64,000 nt of DNA from Octopus sinensis (taxonomy: Eukaryota): contig NC_043005.1 of NCBI RefSeq assembly GCF_006345805.1, positions 42,966,001 through 43,030,000 on the forward strand. The letters are read 5' to 3'. Positions 63,958 through 64,000 of this stretch are shown here, in pieces. Under the pieces are notes generated by a model, which saw nothing but the letters and a program-made list of their open reading frames with translations, searched no databases and was not told the origin of the DNA. The position numbers were made by a program, and so were the translations under genes. Numbering within the stretch: position 1 is the stretch's first letter; the number at the start of each line of letters is the position of its first letter.

Positions 63958-64000
63958 CAGAGTGAGAGAGAAAGCGTGTTTGCATGTGTATATGCGTGTG

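Overview
AT-rich, microsatellite-saturated eukaryotic DNA with one 100-N scaffold gap (17553-17652). The SINE families and repeat style suggest a cephalopod, probably Octopus (inference). I found no host protein-coding gene I can support, and nearly all listed ORFs are translations of simple repeats. The interpretable content is mobile DNA: (1) at least four tRNA-derived SINE families, including head-to-tail multimers; (2) decayed Tc1/mariner-superfamily elements (mariner, DD37D/maT-like, DD41D/rosa-like), several MITEs and a Helitron/HINE-like element; (3) Penelope-like elements (RT plus GIY-YIG) with about a dozen intact or degenerate minimal hammerhead-ribozyme motifs; (4) seven fragments of a restriction-like-endonuclease non-LTR retrotransposon family, essentially always sitting in (ATAC)n, and two LINE-like 3' ends sitting in (GATA)n; (5) a tRNA-Gln pseudogene, a 22-bp minisatellite and an Asp-codon-rich ~120-bp repeat that may or may not be coding. 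The most interesting leads are the apparently (ATAC)n-targeted retrotransposon, the hammerhead diversity (including a family with a non-canonical CUGU(U/G)GA core) and the SINE multimers inserted as single units. All alignments and translations were done by eye. Boundaries are approximate (about 10-20 bp) unless a TSD or TIR is quoted.
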